Source of the DNA: Methanotrichaceae archaeon | GTDB lineage: Archaea > Halobacteriota > Methanosarcinia > Methanotrichales > Methanotrichaceae | NCBI GenBank assembly: GCA_963754945.1 | Contig: CAVWIG010000018.1 | Coordinates: forward strand, 132,031 to 196,030 | Direction of reading: 5' to 3' | Length of the DNA stretch: 64,000 nucleotides | In this document: piece by piece, positions 59,564-64,000 of the stretch | How the letters are laid out: each line of letters begins with the position of its first letter | Position numbering within the stretch: position 1 is the first letter of the stretch | Position numbers and translations under genes: made by a program | Notes under the pieces: generated by a model | The model's database searches: none | Seen by the model: the letters and a program-made list of their open reading frames with translations, nothing else | What the model was told of the DNA's origin: nothing

Positions 59564-62361
59564 TTTTTGTGAGTGCTATCAGGGATTTCGTCATCCGTAC
59601 GCTTCTTCAAGGAAATGATGAAGCGAAAGATGGGATTCAAGAAACTTTGGATCTAGCTCAGCGACTTACAGAAAATGCATACGATGTTGTGGTTGATGCC
59701 GACACGAGTGGCGTCGATGCCCTGGTCGAATCTGTTGATCAACTAGGAGAATCCGAACAGGAAGCCAGCTCTCTCACGGAGTACCTGACAAGTGCACTGG
59801 AAAGCGTCCAATCGGTGGCAGAGGGTGTTTCAGAAAAAGTAGGAGACATGGTCGAGTCGATATCAGCCGCTAAGCTTGCTGCTGGAGCTGCTGTGGCCCT
59901 GGGAGCAGACCAGGTCTTCAAGATGCAGGAGACTAAAGATGCTCTCACTGAACATTTCAGCACGACCCTTACGGAGGCTCAATCTGATGGCGTGAACAAG
60001 TGGCTCGGGAATCGACCGCCAGAAGTATCGTTCACTCAGCGAGCCAAGGCTTACTTGGATCTGACGTTCCACAAGATAGGATCAGATCAGGCCATGGAAG
60101 CCACTAAAGCCGTTGAAGAGTTCGTGTTTCCAAGAACTGCTGAGTTAGGAGAACAGGGAGTAGACACATCAAGCATCATCGAGACCCTTTCCGGGTGGAC
60201 TCAACAGCAAGGCGGTCGCCAGGCCATGTCCAAGAACAACCTGGCTTCGATGGGCAATGCCGGTCGAGTTCTAGCTAGGATGGGGATCGATTCGCCAACG
60301 GATCAAGACATGGCAGCTTCTCGGGCTCATCTAGAAACCACAGGAGAACTTACAGGAAAGACGAAACAACAGGCAGACGCAGCAATCTTGCTCGGAGCAG
60401 TGCTACATCAGTTACAAAGTCAGTACAAAGCAGTCGATTATTCACAGTTAGACGCGTCTCAGCAGATGGAGATATTCAATGCTGACATGAGCGACATGAC
60501 TCAACAGATCGAGACTGGTGCTCTGCCATACCTGTTGATGCTAGTAGACATGATACACAATCTAGTTGACGTTGTAGAGTCCGTCCCTGGCCTTCCTCAA
60601 GTCTTAGGCATGATAACTGTCTTCACAATCTTAATGACCGTTCTTGGGCCTCTGATGGGTGTCTTGGGGCCAGTAATCGGATTGTTCACGGGTGCGGCTG
60701 AAGCCGTTGGGATGGTCAGTATAGCCGTTGCAGAAGGCACAACTGTAATTGATGCTCTGGTTGGCGTACTAATCGGTGTAGTTGGCTGGCCTCTCCTGAT
60801 CGTAGCTGGTCTAGTCGCCCTTGGAGTAGGCCTGTATGAGGTTGAACAGAAAACCCATGCCTTCTCAAACGCCTGGGCCGCCTTCAGCCAATCGAGCATT
60901 GGCAAAGATCTCATCAACGACGTGCAGATGCTTGTAGGGCTGCTAAGCGGCGGAGCAGCCGATCTGGGCGGTCATTTCCTCCAAGGAGCTGTCCAGGGAG
61001 TAACCGTTTTCGAAGAGGTCATTGGTGGTGCCTTCGAGAAGGCCGACGGACTCTACAAGTTCCTGAAGGCCCATGATGCGCTCGACGTGGTGCTGGGATT
61101 TGCCATAGGAGGGCCTATAGGAGCGCTGATAACTGGCATTCCTGCGATCGAGGCTCACCTGGACCCGATTGACTCTTTCACCAAGCTGATCTACTACCTG
61201 ATCCGGGAACTTCTGACAGCAGATACTGACTTTGTGACCTGGATCAAAGGGGTCTGGAGTGACGTTGTGAACGCGGTTCTGGGCATTGCGAAACCTATAA
61301 CTGACGAGCTTGAACGGCTAGGGAATTGGTTCCAGGGAAAAGGATATCAGACAAACGCGGAACTTGCCAAATCGCAGTCTGCTGGAGGCACAACGCCCGC
61401 GTTGAACCTGGATACAACGCAGATGCCGCCTGGATATAAAACAGCGCCTGGCGAAGGTGATCAGCTTATACTCGTTGGGCCAGATGGCAAATCAATCGGA
61501 GCAGCTACATATAATCATCTGCCAGACAATCAAAACCCTGACTTGATGAAACAAGCATGGGATGATTATTATAAGAACCACCCAGATGCAAAAAAACCAG
61601 ACACTCCAACGCCATCAACACCTGCCCCAAGAAATGTTCTCAGTGATGCGCGCGCTGGTTTAAGCCAGGGGGTTAACAACGAACTCCAAAATCAGGAACA
61701 ACAATTCAATGCGTGGGACAAAAACCAAGTCGGCCCAGCGTCGGCATCGGTCGATCAGGGTCCGGTTGCACTATTTAAATATGGATACTCGGCTGCAATG
61801 GGGCTAATCGACAATCTCAAAGGAACCCCAACACCAACACCAACACCAACAACCGATACAACACCATCTTCTCCAACTCCCTCATCGCCAACTCCAATAA
61901 CACAGTACAAGAGCAAGATCGATGGACACATCATAGATAAAAATACATACGACAACTATCTTGTGCCTGACCAGCAGCTCAATTATGTTCCTGCTCAAAA
62001 AGGCGGCCTAATCACAAGTTCCGGAGGGCTGATTGGTCACGAAGGAGAGCCTATCATCCCCGCCGAGATTGCAAGTTCGTCCAGGCTCCAGGAAATCTTA
62101 GAGTCCTTGATCGATTCTCCTGTGGCCGTTATGCCGCCAAAAGAAAGCTACTCGGGTGGAACTGCTCAGCCTGTAGTCTTCAATCTCGGTGGGATAAGCG
62201 TACCAGTGACCATCAACGGCAGCACTGACAAGCTAGATGAAGACTCTATTATCCAAAAGATTAAGGATGTACTGGAAACCAGGTTCAACGATTTCGAGAT
62301 GTCGCGTCTCATCGAGGAAGTCGTAAAAAGAGGAAGCGCACACTATGGGGGCGGTAGTTGA
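59560..62361 (+). CDS. phage tail tape-measure-like protein
   Basis: 933 aa; Ala/Gly-rich amphipathic helices, long central hydrophobic stretch, C-terminal AQKGGLITSSGGLIGHEGEPIIP and VVFNLGGISVPVTING. Confidence 0.7.
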   Translation: MIFVSAIRDFVIRTLLQGNDEAKDGIQETLDLAQRLTENAYDVVVDADTSGVDALVESVDQLGESEQEASSLTEYLTSALESVQSVAEGVSEKVGDMVESISAAKLAAGAAVALGADQVFKMQETKDALTEHFSTTLTEAQSDGVNKWLGNRPPEVSFTQRAKAYLDLTFHKIGSDQAMEATKAVEEFVFPRTAELGEQGVDTSSIIETLSGWTQQQGGRQAMSKNNLASMGNAGRVLARMGIDSPTDQDMAASRAHLETTGELTGKTKQQADAAILLGAVLHQLQSQYKAVDYSQLDASQQMEIFNADMSDMTQQIETGALPYLLMLVDMIHNLVDVVESVPGLPQVLGMITVFTILMTVLGPLMGVLGPVIGLFTGAAEAVGMVSIAVAEGTTVIDALVGVLIGVVGWPLLIVAGLVALGVGLYEVEQKTHAFSNAWAAFSQSSIGKDLINDVQMLVGLLSGGAADLGGHFLQGAVQGVTVFEEVIGGAFEKADGLYKFLKAHDALDVVLGFAIGGPIGALITGIPAIEAHLDPIDSFTKLIYYLIRELLTADTDFVTWIKGVWSDVVNAVLGIAKPITDELERLGNWFQGKGYQTNAELAKSQSAGGTTPALNLDTTQMPPGYKTAPGEGDQLILVGPDGKSIGAATYNHLPDNQNPDLMKQAWDDYYKNHPDAKKPDTPTPSTPAPRNVLSDARAGLSQGVNNELQNQEQQFNAWDKNQVGPASASVDQGPVALFKYGYSAAMGLIDNLKGTPTPTPTPTTDTTPSSPTPSSPTPITQYKSKIDGHIIDKNTYDNYLVPDQQLNYVPAQKGGLITSSGGLIGHEGEPIIPAEIASSSRLQEILESLIDSPVAVMPPKESYSGGTAQPVVFNLGGISVPVTINGSTDKLDEDSIIQKIKDVLETRFNDFEMSRLIEEVVKRGSAHYGGGS

Positions 62362-62399
62362 AAACAATAGGAACAGAGGTATGAGGCACTACAATGCTT

Positions 62400-62424
62400 G
62401 AGGGCAAAACGCCCTCCTTTTTTT
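62400..62424 (+). terminator. hairpin plus T-tract terminator
   Basis: GAGGGC-AAAAC-GCCCTC-C-TTTTTTT, 39 nt after the tape-measure stop. Confidence 0.65.
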
Positions 62425-63084
62425 ATCGACTTTATATTTTATCTCTGTATATTAATAATTTCTAAAAAGCCCTAGAATAGGCTATCTTCCGGCATGATGG
62501 ACCATAAGACAAGGTGCTCAAGACCGAGAGGCGTGCGGCCCTGAGACATTCGAAGCAAAGGGCTATAATTTTGAAAGACAGATCTACTTTGTTTTCATTT
62601 TTTGAGCTGATCAGCAGTTTGCTATTTGATCTACCGCCTCCATTCCATATGTCGAGGGACGGGGATGGCCGAACCGTGCCCTGGAAATAGGCGAAGGGAG
62701 ACTAGTGTCGCGTCAATATTGAAGTGTCACGAAGTAATTCGCCACAGAGATGCAAGAGTCAAACTATCTTGGCTTTATCCGACACTAGATAGCTGACGCG
62801 ACACTAGGAAGAACTGATGGCGTGATGGCAGATAGATTGGTGTGTCCCTTCGCTTGAAACCGCCCAATTGTTCTCAGACGTATTTAGGATGAGTGGCTTA
62901 GGAGATAATATGACTGGTACTTACAAAATAGATCGACGGATATCTGAAGACGAAGGGATTAGGATGCCAGAGGGACCAGATGGTTAAGTCCTTATTGGAG
63001 GTTGGTATCCCTTCGCTTGAGCTATTCTAATTATACCTCAAAGTTGGTATCCATTTCTCGGGGCGGAATGCATCAACAACCAGG

Positions 63085-63354
63085 TTAAGCCGGTCCTGCG
63101 GGACTCTTTTCGTCGGCTGGTACGGCCACGAGAGTCTCTATATCCATCCGGTCCGCCCTTTTTAAGGCCATATTCATCGCTACTTTTTCATTGGGGGCTT
63201 CAAATAGCACGACGGTATCGTACCTTCCGAGCGTCCAGTAGATGCCCAGGTATCGAACCTGTCCTTTCGTGTCGTCTTCTATATCCTTCAGGTTCTCAGC
63301 AATAACTTCCTTGCTCAGCTTTTTCTTGAACTTAGCCAATGCAATGAAAAGCAT
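63085..63354 (-). CDS. GYD-domain protein
   Basis: YWTLGRYDTVVLFEAP...ETLVA. Confidence 0.85.
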   Translation of the reverse strand: MLFIALAKFKKKLSKEVIAENLKDIEDDTKGQVRYLGIYWTLGRYDTVVLFEAPNEKVAMNMALKRADRMDIETLVAVPADEKSPAGPA

Positions 63355-63419
63355 TACGCATTCACCTCATCCCTTTTTCAGGGCATTCTAACATACGAAA
63401 AGGAGCTATTTAAAAATAC

Positions 63420-63600
63420 CTTATCGTATCCTCTTGATATAGGCAAACAATGGCGGTAAGATGGAGCGAAGCAGATTGAGGGCACGCACGGGGATGAGAT
63501 ATGCATTACTGAACCCTATTCTTGAGGAGCTGGCCAGGGAAGGCAGAATAAGGATTACTGCAGACAAGGACGGGGATTAGTATCCCTAATAGGTCAGTAG
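63420..63600 (+). pseudogene. degenerate winged-helix domain remnant
   Basis: YRILLI*ANNGGKMERSRLRARTGMRYALLNPILEELAREGRIRI with an internal stop. Confidence 0.4.
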
Positions 63601-63735
63601 GGCGCAGGATACTCCTTTCGTATCTTTCTAGTTTTTTTTGTACAAAGATTTTTCATAATGCAAGACTGTTGTTTTCGGTGGAGGGATGAAAATGCCGTAT
63701 GGATTATTCAATAAAAAATCTTCGCACACCTCTTG

Positions 63736-64000
63736 GAGGGTTTCGATTTAGTGTTGGTTAATGAAGCCTTAAATTCTTGCGTTAATATTTTCAATCTTTA
63801 TAGTGGTTTTTTAGCATATTTCACCCCTAAATTGGCTTATTAGATTTCAATTTACCTTGTTGTTTCTAATTTTTGCGCTTTTTTAGAGAGCTTCCGCTAG
63901 GCTGTTTGTTTATGCACTAAATATTTCAACTGTTCCAGGTTGTAAACGACCGAATTCATCATGAATTTTACTCCAGCTCTTGCGACAGTTGTTACATAAA
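63736..64000 (-). mobile_element. IS5 copy, 3' end (runs off the window)
   Basis: Matches 21297-21560. Confidence 0.9.

Noticed and set aside
61824-61897. CCAACA-type repeats as a contingency locus or DGR variable region
   Set aside because: They encode an in-frame Pro/Thr linker; there is no reverse transcriptase or template repeat in the window.
1611-61955. Numerous short antisense or nested ORFs in the track (for example 6537-7145, 7555-8127, 8057-8503, 35319-35741)
   Set aside because: They are shadows of well-supported genes on the other strand or frame, with no motifs.
50594-62424. Complete provirus
   Set aside because: No recognisable capsid, portal, terminase ATPase, tail tube or baseplate genes; treated as satellite-like instead.
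1-64000. CRISPR array, tRNA or rRNA genes, and tRNA-derived att repeats
   Set aside because: No regularly spaced repeat-spacer series or cloverleaf with recognisable T-loop and D-loop motifs was found by eye; element boundaries therefore remain undefined.

Overview
Archaeal chromosome segment, most consistent with a Methanothrix/Methanosaeta-like methanogen (inferred from rpl40e, GGGP synthase, Cgi121, DUF2150 and the style of the secreted proteins). A short housekeeping block (7.7-13.1 kb) sits in a region very rich in insertion sequences: IS5, IS1634, IS1, IS701, IS256, IS66, IS21, tnpB-only IS200/IS605 and three MITEs. Many of these are nested, and most have terminal inverted repeats (TIRs) and target-site duplications (TSDs) that can be read directly. 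From about 29 to 62.4 kb lie two related integrated elements arranged back to back, with an architecture like bacterial phage-inducible chromosomal islands (PICIs): tyrosine integrase, divergent regulator, RHH microprotein, a shared small protein, primase-helicase and an inverted-repeat candidate origin. The right-hand element lacks recognisable capsid, portal or tail-tube genes. It carries a translationally coupled array of microproteins that share an N-terminal MxxxxLxxRhxxLE coiled-coil tag on unrelated C-termini, followed by a DUF4417-like gene and an orphan tape-measure-like protein. This module is the best candidate for an undescribed system. No tRNA, rRNA or CRISPR array was seen. All family calls are by eye from motifs, without database searches.
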